Assembly (NCBI GenBank): GCA_026770705.1
Contig: JANJGN010000010.1
Coordinates: 121,024,001 to 121,088,000 of the forward strand
DNA length: 64,000 nt
Origin: Isurus oxyrinchus
Taxonomy: Eukaryota
Direction: 5' to 3'
Shown here piece by piece: positions 1-10,849 of this stretch; the first letter of the stretch is position 1; every line of letters begins with the position of its first letter. Made by a program: the position numbers and the translations under genes. The notes under the pieces are model-generated. The model searched no databases, was not told the DNA's origin, and saw only the letters and a list, made by a program, of their open reading frames with translations.

Positions 1-3000
1 GCAACTGCAAAGGATGGGTCTATACTGCGGTCACTCCAGATACTAGCATAAATAATGCTTAGCAAATTGCACTCCAGTCCATCTGACAGTTGGATGTTTT
101 GCTAACTAAGCGTGCCAATGTTTCTTCTTGAGCTGTTTTTTCCACTGCACCTTGCCATCCTGTACCTTACTTCTCACTGCCTCATAAGAGTTAATGAAGT
201 TTTTAAAGTGTTAACAGGTTTGTGCTCATTTTTCTTTCAACAGCTAACCATTAAACATCAAAGAAAGAGAAATTAGGTTTTAAAAAACCATCAGTAACGT
301 GGCTGTGGTCTTGTTCACATTATTCCAGGGATACATGCTGATTGCTTATTAAAAACAGTTGTAAATTGTGCATGATAAACTAAAACGAGACAGAGTGGAA
401 AAAATTCTTCCTTCAATAACAGTGTTATAAAAACAGAACACTTGCTGCGTGGAAATCAATGACAGATGTAGTTCCTGGCAGTTTTGATGGTGCAAGTTAA
501 ATGAAAAGGGTGCTGTATAAGTTAATTCCTTGCCATGTTTTGAAGAGTGAGTAACTTAGCCTATTGGTTGTTGTTAAATGGCTGCATTTAGTGAAAAGAA
601 AATTGCATTCTGGCATAAATGAAGTAAGCATTGAAGTTAAAGGTGGGAGTAGAATATACTGTGTTGGAAATTTGCATATATAATATTGCTGCCAAAGGAA
701 TACCAACATTGTACATTAAACTGGAGTTGTAGATTTTTAGTCTCCACACACAATTCTAAGAATTGTTTGGGATTTTTAATTTCTGTCGTTTCAAGTACCC
801 ATGCAGTCAAGATGTGGAGCTAAAATACTCAGTGATAAGTGTCTGAGGATTTAAAAGGAAGTTTTGCTGAATGATGACTATGTTGGAAAGTGTTTATATA
901 TTTTGTAACCCTACAGGTAGATTTCGCAGGTTTTTGAGAACTATGCCATTCTACCTTACATTACAAATGTGAATATTACTATGAAAGGACACTGTTCCCC
1001 ATGTAATTCCTTTAGGATTTTTAACACCATTCTGATCCTGTCTTTTTCGTTGGGTTTACAAATAGGACTCACTTGCTCTACAATTCTTTGCTTATTGATC
1101 GGCAGAAATGAGTGGCACAGAGTAACATTCACAATCTCCTGTGTAAACCAAAAAGGACAACTTCCTGTCTCTGCATTTTATGTCAGGATGCTGAGACACA
1201 GGTTTCTGTTCATAATAAGCTACCAGTTTGACAAGGCTGTACAAGGAAGATTTGAGAGAGTCAAACATGTCATTTCAGAGGAAGGAGGGAATACTTAGGA
1301 GTAACTTACCTTGAGCCCACTCTGACACATCTTTTATACTGCATAGTTAGAAATTATCAGGAGTCTACAGATAGATTTTGTGCTTACCCTCAATTAGAGA
1401 ACGGTGCATGGTGCAGGAAACTGAGTATAAATATATTTAACCTTAGCCTATAGATTTCCATTGTGTATTGAAATGATTTTCCTCAACAGAAAGGTTAAAC
1501 GGAGGAGAAGTAAAAAATCTGATACGTAATGAAATTTCTGATCAATGGTCTATGATTCTTTGCGAGCGTAGTTTGCAGCTTTTAGATCACTTGTGTGGCG
1601 ATTTTCTTTGTTATATGTAACAATATCATAAACATATTTTTTATACTTGTGTTTATGATTCATTACAAATATTGAACAGATAAAATGTTTTCTCCCATCT
1701 TGTGATAATCAGTTTTATTGCATCTTTGCTTTCTTCCCCTGGGTAAACATGATAAGGTAGAAATTCCAACTGTTGAACACTTAACATGCTTATATTACAG
1801 CGCCTCAAAGTGCCATTTTTACTTCCGTGTTAGCACATTATTTTAAATTCACTAATGCCTTGCATAAAAATAATGCACCAAGGAATGTACCATGAGTATA
1901 CTAAGCATTCTAATGTAAAGTTCGCTGTTCAGAATTTCTACCTTTCTGTTCATGCAATTTAGCAATCTTAAAACCAAAAACTTCAGCACACAAGATTCCT
2001 GAGTGCAAGTTTGTAGGAAGAAATTGCTACACAAGTACTGTCAAACTCTTCAATCACTGAGTTTCTCCTATTATTTCTAGTGCTGCTTTTGACGGCCATT
2101 TTAAGCTTACTGAATTCCCACTTCATAATTTATTTTCTTCATCTTACATTTTTAGGTTCGCGAATCCTAAGGACACTGTTGAACAAGGCAACTACCAAGT
2201 TCAATCTTGGTGCATTTAATGAAATGTTTGCAAATTTAACTACCAAAGGTGTCACTTACCTCTAATTGGAAAGTGCAAAACAGAATAGCTGGAAAGAGGG
2301 CCTTTAAACTGTTGGTGCTGACACATTGACTTTGCAGGAGACTAAATTACTGCTTAATGGGGCAATATGGCAAAGTGACAAGCTTAGTAAACATCAATAT
2401 CAAATACCTTGATATATTTTATAAAACTGATGGATTAGACTTGGCATCATTGGTGAAAATAAATTCTTTGTTCAGACCACTGTGCTCTCCACACCCTCAA
2501 GTCTTTCCTTACTTGTGTATTCTGAAACCTTGTATTTGTCTCCCCATCAATAAAGCAGCTTTGGATAATACAACTAGTGGAATCAAACTATTTGCCCCCT
2601 CAACCCCATCAAGAGCGTGGCCTCCTCTTTCCATCTAGTATATTGTGTCCCCTTCAGCTATTTTTGTGTGGCAAGTTACGCGCATCAAGCTGAATAGTGG
2701 CTTCGAGTGGCATGTCGTTCTTCTCACATTTCCTACTAAGGCGACAAAGCGATTCGCTGCCTTTGACCCAGTTGCAGTCCTCCTAGGAAAAGCATCCATT
2801 CAAAGTGCTAATGGCTACAAAAAAGGCTGTTTTCATTTTAATTATGTGTTTTACTCCAGGGTGTTTTTTTTTCTCCTGTTTGCTGTAAATGATGGATGGC
2901 GTTGGTAAATGGCAATTTTTTTCTCTCTGTCCTCATTTTTATTGTCCTATAAAGTACAACTTGCGCAAACCTGCTGCCACATGAAAATAGCCTGTCATGG

Positions 3001-3189
3001 TAAACAATCCCTCAGAGCGTGTTTTGTGATGCACCTGCTTCGCAAATAGGTGACTTTTTGGCTTGGTTCGTTTAGTTGGCTTTTGAGGCAGAAGCCGTTA
3101 AGGGTGCTTTTTAAAAAGAATCCGAGGGTGTTGGCAAAGGTGACTGGTTGAAAAATGCACCAAAGCAAGCTAGGCAGCTAATAAATCCT

Positions 3190-3423
3190 TGTTGAAAACA
3201 AAGAAAACTGCGGATGCTGGAAATCTAAAACAAAAACAGAATTACCTGGAAAAACTCAGCAGGTCTGGCAGCATCGGCGGAGGAGAAAAGAGTTGACGTT
3301 TCGAGTCCTCATGACCCTTCGACAGAACTTGAAGGTCATGAGGACTCGAAACGTCAACTCTTTTCTCCTCCGCCGATGCTGCCAGACCTGCTGAGTTTTT
3401 CCAGGTAATTCTGTTTTTGTTGT
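3190..3423. mobile_element. Penelope-like pseudo-LTR fold-back insertion (inverted pair) with 14-bp TSD
   Basis: Arms 3229-3316 and 3334-3421 are exact 88-bp reverse complements with a 17-nt loop. Flanked by the direct repeat AGCTAATAAATCCT (3176-3189, 3424-3437). The sequence is nearly identical to the 3' end of the Penelope element at 7175-7307. Confidence 0.85.
3291..3329 (-). ncRNA. Minimal hammerhead ribozyme-like motif of Penelope pLTR (variant core)
   Basis: Minus strand reads AGUU-CUGUCGA-A-GGGUC-AUGAG-GACUC-GAAA-C-GUC-AACU. Stem I is AGUU/AACU, stem II is GGGUC/GACUC, the triplet is GUC, and a palindromic ACGU replaces stem III. The core deviates from CUGANGA, so activity is unknown. 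Confidence 0.55.
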
Positions 3424-3650
3424 AGCTAATAAATCCTGCCTTGTCTCTGATGAAAAGTTCACAAATATTATGTACTGTTCTCCTAACTGTTGAACTCAGA
3501 TACTTGGGCCATATCATTTTCCGTTTTATAAATGTCTTTTTTACTGTGTCTGGAAAATGACTTCCACTGCTTTCTACTTGCTGCTAAAGTATGATAAGAC
3601 CGTCCCTACCTCCATCTTTATAGCTTTCATCTTTTTGCTTTGCTTTGTAG

Positions 3651-3752
3651 CTCAAGCCTTCTCAACACAGCTGCAGGGACAGCGACAGTGAAAGTATCAG
3701 CAGTGATTCTAAGGCTTCCAACCGGAGCTGCTCACATGAAAGACTGAGTGAT
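3651..3752 (+). CDS. AUTS2: AUTS2 internal coding exon (equivalent to human exon 3), 102 nt, phase 0-0
   Basis: Pyrimidine tract plus acceptor (ctttttgctttgctttgtag, ends 3650) and donor GAT|gtaagt (3753). Translates to [34 protein letters not shown], which matches recalled human AUTS2 [34 protein letters not shown] in sequence and length (34 aa). Confidence 0.93.
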
Positions 3753-3792
3753 GTAAGTATAAGACATCTGGCTAATGATCTTCACCACTGCG

Positions 3793-3872
3793 CCGCCCTC
3801 CATCTCCCACTCCCCCCTCCCCCCACCCCGAACATCATTCCCGCCCTCCCCCCCACCCCCCCAAGCATCCCC
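3793..3872 (+). repeat. C-rich low-complexity tract just downstream of the exon 3 donor
   Basis: Multiple C4-C8 runs (ctcccccctcccccaccccg...ccctcccccccacccccccaag). Confidence 0.7.
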
Positions 3873-4654
3873 AAACTCTCCTTAAATATACACTGTTATC
3901 AGCAAGAACTGGGCACCATGCAAACATATGCACATACCTTTATGAGAAATGTTGGGTGTTTAAATGGTTTGTGTTTGATGTGCTAATTATTCAAAAGTGC
4001 AATCAAATTCATGTCGTAATTAAAATTGTCAGTTGGCAGACAAGCTAAGAACTGAAAAAACATGGCATAACAAATGAAGTGAAATGATTCTGTGTGTAGC
4101 TATATGATGCTTCATCAGGCGTGAAATTAAATAAGTAATTTGATGTTAACGTCGGAAATTGAATTGATGCTTGCTGTCCCTGTTCTGATGATCCTGCATT
4201 TAAAGTAGCCCTGCACTTATACAGAGGCAACCCCTCCCCAGTGTACAATGTATTTGATAAGACTATATGTTTATATTAAATAAGTTAGGAAAAGCAATCA
4301 ATGCACTGAATGAGCATCGGTCCATGATGGGGCCTAGTTCCCTCTCAGCCGCAGTTACTTTGACTCTCTGGCTCTGTGTGTGTGTATATTCCTCAAATTC
4401 AACTGGATATCTGTTCATACTTTCGCTTTGTGGTCTATTCAATTTAACATTTAACCCTTTGGCATTATCCTGTTACCTGCCGAAATGATGATGCCTTTCG
4501 TAAATGCTATTTTGCTCAGTGACATAGAAGCAGATTCATTAACCCAGTTGTCACTCTTACTGTTACCATCATGAGGTCTCATTGACAACTGCTCCCATGT
4601 CAATACTGCAGAGCTGTACAGAGAACCAAGTTCTGTACTTCTCAATTACTGATT

Positions 4655-4945
4655 TTTGGGGTGTGGGTGTTGCTGGCAAGGCCGGCATTTATTGCCCATT
4701 TCTAATTGCTCTTGAGAATGTAGTGTGAGCGGCTTTCTTGAACCGCTGCAATCTGTGTGGTGAAGATTTCCTTGTTGTTTTGATACAACTAAGTGGCTTG
4801 CTGAGCCATTTTGGAGGGCAGTTAAGACAAGCGGCAATCACATTGGAGACTGGAGCCACATTTAGGCCTGATCAGATAAGAATGGCAGATTTTCTTCTTT
4901 AAAGGATATGAGTGAAGATATAAGGACATATTACAGCAATACAGA
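4655..4945 (-). mobile_element. Degraded tRNA-derived SINE / LINE-tail fragment (same family as 9797-10140)
   Basis: GGCATTTATTGCCCAT is the reverse complement of the ATGGGCAATAAATGC tail. The downstream ggcagattttcttc...aaggatatgagtgaa matches the SINE body. Confidence 0.6.
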
Positions 4946-5243
4946 GAACCAAACTCTTTGCTTAAAATATTTTAGAGGCTATTGATAATTATTTTTTGGC
5001 AGAGTTCAATGTAGATCCATTCATGAGAGAAAAAAAATGAATAAAATATCATGTTTTAGAGAAAAGATCTAGAGCTATACAAATACTATTTTGCACTGTG
5101 TATCATTAAAAAGTATAGACTGGCATTACAAAGCTCAATTCAAGAAACCAATTTTTCTCTAACTTGACACATGCAGTAAATAGACCACGAGATTTGTTTT
5201 CTTGAATGCATGCTGAGGTACATTTTTAAACTGATTAGTAATT

Positions 5244-5660
5244 CAGCCATGTCTTAATGGTAGTGCACTTGCCTCTGACTCAGCAGGTTGTGGGTTTAAG
5301 TCCCGCTCAATGCACCTGAACACAAAATTTAGACTCAAAATTTAGTCCTTTGCAGTGGTGAGTAAGCTCTGCATTGATCTATTGGATGTGACATTAAACC
5401 AAAGCACCAAATCCATTCCCAGGTATTTTGAGAAGAGCAGGGGAGCTATCCCTAGCACCCTGGCCAATATTTACCACTCGTCCAATACATATAAACAGAT
5501 CATCTGGTCATTATCACATTGCTGTTTTTGGGCTTGCAGTGCACAGAATGGCTGCATACTGCCGACATGAACACATGATGCTTCAAATGTATTTCATTGG
5601 TGTAAAACACTTGGTGACCTTCTGAGGTTTTGAAAGGTACTGTATAAAATGGAAGTCTAG
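5244..5660 (+). mobile_element. Deu-domain SINE (SacSINE1/AmnSINE1-related), degraded
   Basis: tRNA-like head (cagccatgtcttaatggtag...ggtttaagtccc), Deu-like core (ggatgtgacattaaacc...gaagagcagggg) and L2-type tail; aligns by eye with 46118-46565. Confidence 0.7.
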
Positions 5661-6604
5661 AAGTGCTTTGACTGAACAATGCATGGCCAAATAAGAGCCA
5701 GATAAGTATTTAGTCTTGTTTTATTTTAATTTTTAAAATTTTAAATACATTTTTGAAAATATGGTTTTGTTTGATATTTTTCTATGCACTTTCCTTTTAC
5801 AGTTGCTGGGCCGTGATAGGAAATGCAACATGTTCAAAATTTCACATTCAGCATGTTAGATTTAGTATTATTTAGATGCAGAGTAAAGGCTGCTATCCTT
5901 TAGCCTTACAACTTGCTGCAATTCCTGCATCAGGTGAGGCTGACAAAAGTTTGCTCCTTGGGATTCTATTGGATTGGGGGGAATTTTCTCTTTCCCCACC
6001 TGTCTAGGCTGATTTTGAACTGGGCTCCCGGAACGTGTAATAACCCTTGTGAATATGTCTTTTTAAATAAACATCATCTTCACTACTCTGTCAGTAGTTT
6101 CCTGCAAGGTGATAGTGACTGCATCCGACAACCAAAGTAGATAATTTAACGTTGAATGCCCTTGGCTGGTTGTGTATTGTTGGGGGGCATGGTGGGGGGG
6201 GGAGGGGGGATGGTATCTGATTTCTCATGCAAGTGCACCTAATCCTTAACCATCTATTGGAAGAAAAGTGTTTTGTTGGCTTCTAGTTCTTCAATAAAAA
6301 TGTCTGATCTCATGGCTGGACTCACAAGGAATGTGCTCTGATCATTCCCCTAGCCACACCCAAGTGCAAATACTCCTGGACAGCCTTGGGACTCGAGGGC
6401 ATAATTTAGTTTTCACCGTGATAATTGGAATAATGACCTGGATTTTCACCTTGCAGATGGTTAGTGGGAGTCAGGAAAATCCCCAGCTTTGCACATCCGC
6501 CTCAAGAGAAATTATCTGCAAAGATGGGATCTCCATTGCCAGGGTGGCGGGTCCAGGATGCAGCTGGGTCAGCCAACCTGGGAAAGAGGTCAGAGGCAGC
6601 CACA

Positions 6605-7310
6605 GGGGCCCAAACCTCCTTGTCGCTTGCCATTTTAACACTCCACCCTGCTCTCTTGCCCACATGTCTGTCCTTGGCTTGCTGCATTGTTGTTCCAGTG
6701 AAGCCCAATGCAAACTGGAAGAACAGCACCTCAACTTCCGACTAGGCACTTTACAGCCTTCCGGACTGAATATTGAATTCAACAACTTTAGATCTTGACC
6801 TCCCTCCTCCATCCCCAGCCCCTTTCTGTTTCTTCCCCCTTCCTTTTGTTTTTTCCAATAATTTATATAGATTTTTCTTTTCCCACCTATTTCCATTATT
6901 TTTAAATCTTTTATGCCCCCCACCCCCACTAGAGCTATACCTTGAGTCCCCTACCATCCATTCTTAATTAGCACATTCGTTTAGATAATATCACCAACTT
7001 CAACACCTCTGTGTTCTTTTGTCTGTGACATCTTTTGATGATCTGCTCCTATCACTGCTTGCTTGTCCCTACAACCACACCACCTCCCTCCACTTCTCTC
7101 CACCCACCCAACAGCCCCCCCGCACCCCCCACCTTAAACCAGCTTATATTTGACCCCTCTCCTTGGATTCACCCAGTTCTGCTGAAGGGTCATGAGGACT
7201 CGAAACATCAACTCTTTTTTTCTCCGCCAATGCTGCCAGACCTGCTGAGTTTTTCCAGGTAATTCTGTTTTTGTTTTGGATTTCCAGCATCTGCAGTTTT
7301 TGTTTTTATT
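6605..7310 (+). mobile_element. 5'-truncated Penelope-like retroelement: GIY-YIG endonuclease C-terminus plus pseudo-LTR
   Basis: ORF end VACHFNTPPCSLAHMSVLGLLHC...KLEEQHLNFRLGTLQPSGLNIEFNNF* (to 6798) matches the Penelope HFN...LxTLxPxGLN motif. It is followed by a pyrimidine-rich UTR and a pLTR with a hammerhead-like motif at 7175-7213. Confidence 0.85.
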
Positions 7311-7535
7311 ATAATGGCATCCATATTGTTAGGAACTAGAGTTAGTTTTCAATAAGTTATATTTGTGTTTTGTGTGTGTTAGGAACAAGATACAGCTTTA
7401 ACTTTAACTTATATATTTTTTTTATTTCCCTGAATCCTGGGTTTGAATTCATTTTAGAGATTCTGTAAAATGGAGCTGAGAAGACTCTAAACTCCTTTTG
7501 TATACCTGTATTTTTAATGCAGCTTTACAACTCTT

Positions 7536-8213
7536 GGGCCTGAACTTTCAGCTCGAAGGCTGGGCACGATCGACAGGCCCAGGAGTGTTTGGGGAATGGA
7601 CCACTGACCACCATCGGCCCCTGACCATGATTTCACGCTGGCTGGCCAATTAGTGGCTAGCCATTGAGAAAAGCGTGCTGAAATGCTCAGTGCCGCTGAG
7701 GTGGGGGTGGGAGGAAGGGGACTGCTGAGGTCAGCGCGGGTGTGGGGGTGCACTCACATTAAGCTCCCTGAAGATAGAGAGCTGCCTCAGGGAGCTGAAG
7801 AATTCAAATCCAATCAAAACAAATTTTAAAATCCGGAAAAAAAACGCCCGTGCAACAGAAACAGACACCTGAACATATACGAGGTGGAAATTCTGTGCAT
7901 ACATTTTTTTAAAAAATTAATATCGGAAAGCTCATCCTGCCCTTGGGTGAGGTTTCCTCAAAAAGGAAAAGCCGCCTGGCCAATTTGCTTGCCCGCCAAC
8001 CGTAACTTTGGATGGGTAGTGAAAAATCAGGTTACATTAATTATTACTTTAATAGCCTTAATAGCCCTCTTAATTGTTGGCAGGCACACTCGCCGACAGA
8101 AATACTGCGTGAGTGTGCGATGACGTCGGGACACTCACCTGACATCACCATGCACTATTTCACACTTGAGCGTGTTGGGTGCGCGCCCGCAAGCCAAGCG
8201 AAAAATTCTGCGC
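7536..8213. mobile_element. Non-autonomous DNA transposon (MITE, probably PIF/Harbinger-type)
   Basis: Imperfect TIRs GGGCCTGAACTTT and AAAAATTCTGCGC; GC/CpG-rich; internal similarity to 62944-63426 (ctcatcc.gccc.tgg.tgagg, tgccc.ccaacc.taa.tttgga). Confidence 0.7.
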
Positions 8214-8395
8214 TTAAAGTGAAGAGCTGCGTTGCCAAGGTGGGGTTAGTAGCTTAGGGAAGTTAAAACAAACCACAAGGTAGAAAAAGCTGTGCTGTTG
8301 CTTAGCCACGGGGTCGAGAGAGAGAGAGAGAGACCCACAGAGAGACAGGGAGAAACAGAAAGCAGTTTTAGTTCAGTTGGTATGTGAAAGCCACA

Positions 8396-8496
8396 GGGCA
8401 GAATTTTACGACCCAGTTTTGGCGTGGGTGGGGCCGTAAAATGCGGCGAGCCATTCAAAAGCCCATTGACTTCGGCGGGACCATAAAATTCCACCC
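8396..8496. mobile_element. 101-bp mini-MITE (Harbinger-type TIRs)
   Basis: TIRs GGGCAGAATTTTA and TAAAATTCCACCC; 3-bp flanks ACA/ATA; nested in the solo LTR. Confidence 0.7.
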
Positions 8497-9467
8497 ATAG
8501 TGTGAAGACAGAAAGGTCTCAGAGCAAAGAAGAAAGATCTCAAAGCCAGGGAGTGGGACAGAAAGCAGGTATCAGGAAGACCTTCCAGTCAAAGGAAAAG
8601 AACAGGAATCTGAAAAAGGTCCGGTTAAGTGAAGTTAAGAGTGAGGAGCAGAGGAAAAGTCTTCAAGTTAAAAGACAGAACTGCAGGAAGCAAACATGGA
8701 ACAGAGTGGGCTTGCAAGAAGCCGGCAGATCTGAGGAGATAGCCAAAGGTGGGTGACTCCTTATTATCGGCCTGTGAAGCAGTGGTGTTCTTTTGGCATG
8801 GCTGAGTATATGGGAGAGTGAGTGGAAGGCGAAGCTTGAATGCACATAGCGATCCGGGATAGAGGAACATTGGAAGGAGAGATCAAAACCCTGGAAGTGG
8901 ATCCTTGTGGAAGATGTTTGAGAGAAAGTGTCGTTTGGGAGAAGATCCAAAGTGAGTTCTTCGAGAGTGGCGATTGGAAACCCTTGTATGAAAGACGGAG
9001 TTCAGTGAGACTGATTGACTCATGGTGTAACAAGCACTTGGGGGAGATGATAAGATATCCATAGCATCTGCTTTGGCTGGTATCTGCCACTTGGTTTCGG
9101 AGTATGATGTACCTGACCGCAGTCCGCCTATTAGTTCACATGGATTGTAAACTTACTGGAAAATTAGAGAATAAGATAGATTTTGTAACTTGTGTTATTC
9201 TTATGATTCTGTATATATCTGTAAAGGTATTGTAGTGGGTGAAGGAGTGGTGTAATATAGTTGATCTCTTGTTTTATTCTTTTGTTAAAAGTTCATCAGC
9301 TGACTCAGTAACTCTTTTCAGTAGCTGTCCTCCACGTTTCTAAACAAAAAATAAAAATTAGGATCAATCAAACCAGGTCCCACCCTGGGATCTGACTTGT
9401 CCAGCAGTGACATCAGCTGGGATCATAACAATATGAGCAGCTGTCCATGGAATGAATTACATTAAAG

Positions 9468-9592
9468 CAAAATGTGGATCCTGGACATCTGAAATGAAAG
9501 CAGAAAGTTATGAAAATACTCAGCTGTTCAGGCAGCGTTTGTGGAGAGGGAATTAGGTCACACTTCAGGTCAATGAGCTTCTCTGCCAGAAC
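9468..9592 (-). mobile_element. Old Penelope pLTR remnant
   Basis: aaagcaaaatgtggatcctggacatctgaaatgaaagcagaaa...aatactcagc...ggcagcgtttgtggagag resembles 3195-3329. Confidence 0.6.
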
Positions 9593-9796
9593 AAAATGCC
9601 AGCTGGTTGCGGCAGTTAATGGACATTAAGTATCTCTGGCGTTAAGTGAACGGGAGATTAAAGTGTGAAGGTAGAGCAGCAATTAACCCAGAAGTGACCC
9701 CAGCCATCCTCCTCCTACATCCTTGGCACCTACCGCAGACTCTTTCAAGGATTTTTAGGGTACTTGCTCATACAGAATTAGTAGCTGAATTGGGGG

Positions 9797-10142
9797 AGGC
9801 GGTGGCACAGTGGTTTTGTCACTAGACCAGTAATCCAGAGACCCAGGGTAATGCTCTGGGGATTCGGGTTTGAATCCCATCATGGCAGATGGTGAAATTT
9901 CAATGCAGTAAAAATCAGGAATTAAAAGTCTGATGATGACCCACGAAACCATTGCTGATTGTCAAACCCCAGCCGGTTCACTAGGGAAGGAAATCTGCTG
10001 TCCTTACCTGGTCTGGCCTTCATGTGACTCCAGACCCACGACAACATGGTTGACTCTTAAATGCCCTCTCAATGAGGGCAATTGGGGATGGGCAATAAAT
10101 GCTGGTCTAGCCAGTGACACCCACATCCCATGAATGAATTGA
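9797..10142 (+). mobile_element. tRNA-derived SINE with LINE-derived tail
   Basis: A box GGTGGCACAGTGG, B box GGGTTTGAATCCC (~9866), and tail GGGCAAT...GATGGGCAATAAATGCTGG...CCCACATCCCATGAATGAAT shared with the LINE 3' end at 15355-15505. Confidence 0.8.
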
Positions 10143-10849
10143 AAAAGAGTTAAGGATTTTTCCTTTGCATGTTCTCTCTTGCTTGTTGTCAGTTGTCTTC
10201 TGCAAGCAGCGTAGAAATGAATAGTTCCAATTGTTGAGACAGCATGCAGTGATATCTATATCAATGTTTGGTCCCTAGTGAATATGTTGACTTGTAAACT
10301 CAGGGATATTTGATGGGCAGATTCTTTTAGGCTCAGTGCAGAAATGCCAACTGCCAGCAGTTCACACTGCCAGTCACTGCTGCCTTAGTCCTGTTGACAT
10401 GCATTTGCCACTTCAACTCAGTGTACTTCTACAGCCAGCTGCACTTGAAGCCACATGTTAAAATTACTCTGCAATAAACACCTGTTGATTCAGTACGTGA
10501 AATTTTTGCATATGCATGAATCAGCAATACTTCATGAATACTCAGAATTGTTTGTATTTGTGAACCATGAAAATCTTTGTGCACATGCATGGAAGCCAAA
10601 GAAGCACATGGGTCCCCCCTCTTGGATCTAGCTTTTGCTAGCAGACAGGTGACAGGATCTATTGAATTTGTGAGGCCTCCTTATTTCAAGAGTGAGGATT
10701 AAATCAGTGGAGCATTGTTCATCTGAAAAAAGATCCCTCACCTCTTAAGAACAGATTAATAAAAATTAAACTTTAGTGGATTTTCACTAATATTCACTTA
10801 TCACCAAGTACTCTGAGGGCATTAAGAGTCACCTATGTAAGTGCAAAAC

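Larger units (their letters stand above)
7327..9430 (+). mobile_element. Solo LTR (Gypsy/ERV-type) with two nested MITEs
   Basis: Termini TGTTAGGA (7327) and TCATAACA (9430); 4-bp TSD ATAT at 7323-7326 and 9431-9434; AATAAA at 9350; no internal gag/pol ORF. Confidence 0.75.

Noticed and set aside
3229-3421. pre-miRNA gene
   Set aside because: Perfect 88-bp stem, TE origin and TSD; lacks the bulged ~60-70 nt pre-miRNA form.
3242-3517. Near-identical peptides in ORFs 3242..3517(-) and 7035..7262(+) as a small gene family
   Set aside because: Both are translations of the same non-coding Penelope pLTR.
6331-6798. 155-aa ORF as a novel fusion protein
   Set aside because: Chance read-through from unrelated upstream sequence into the C-terminal ~60 aa of a truncated Penelope endonuclease.
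9797-9885. tRNA gene (also at 14790-14863, 15545-15615, 42530-42598, 46118-46180)
   Set aside because: A/B boxes belong to SINE heads that continue into SINE body and tail; no intact cloverleaf.
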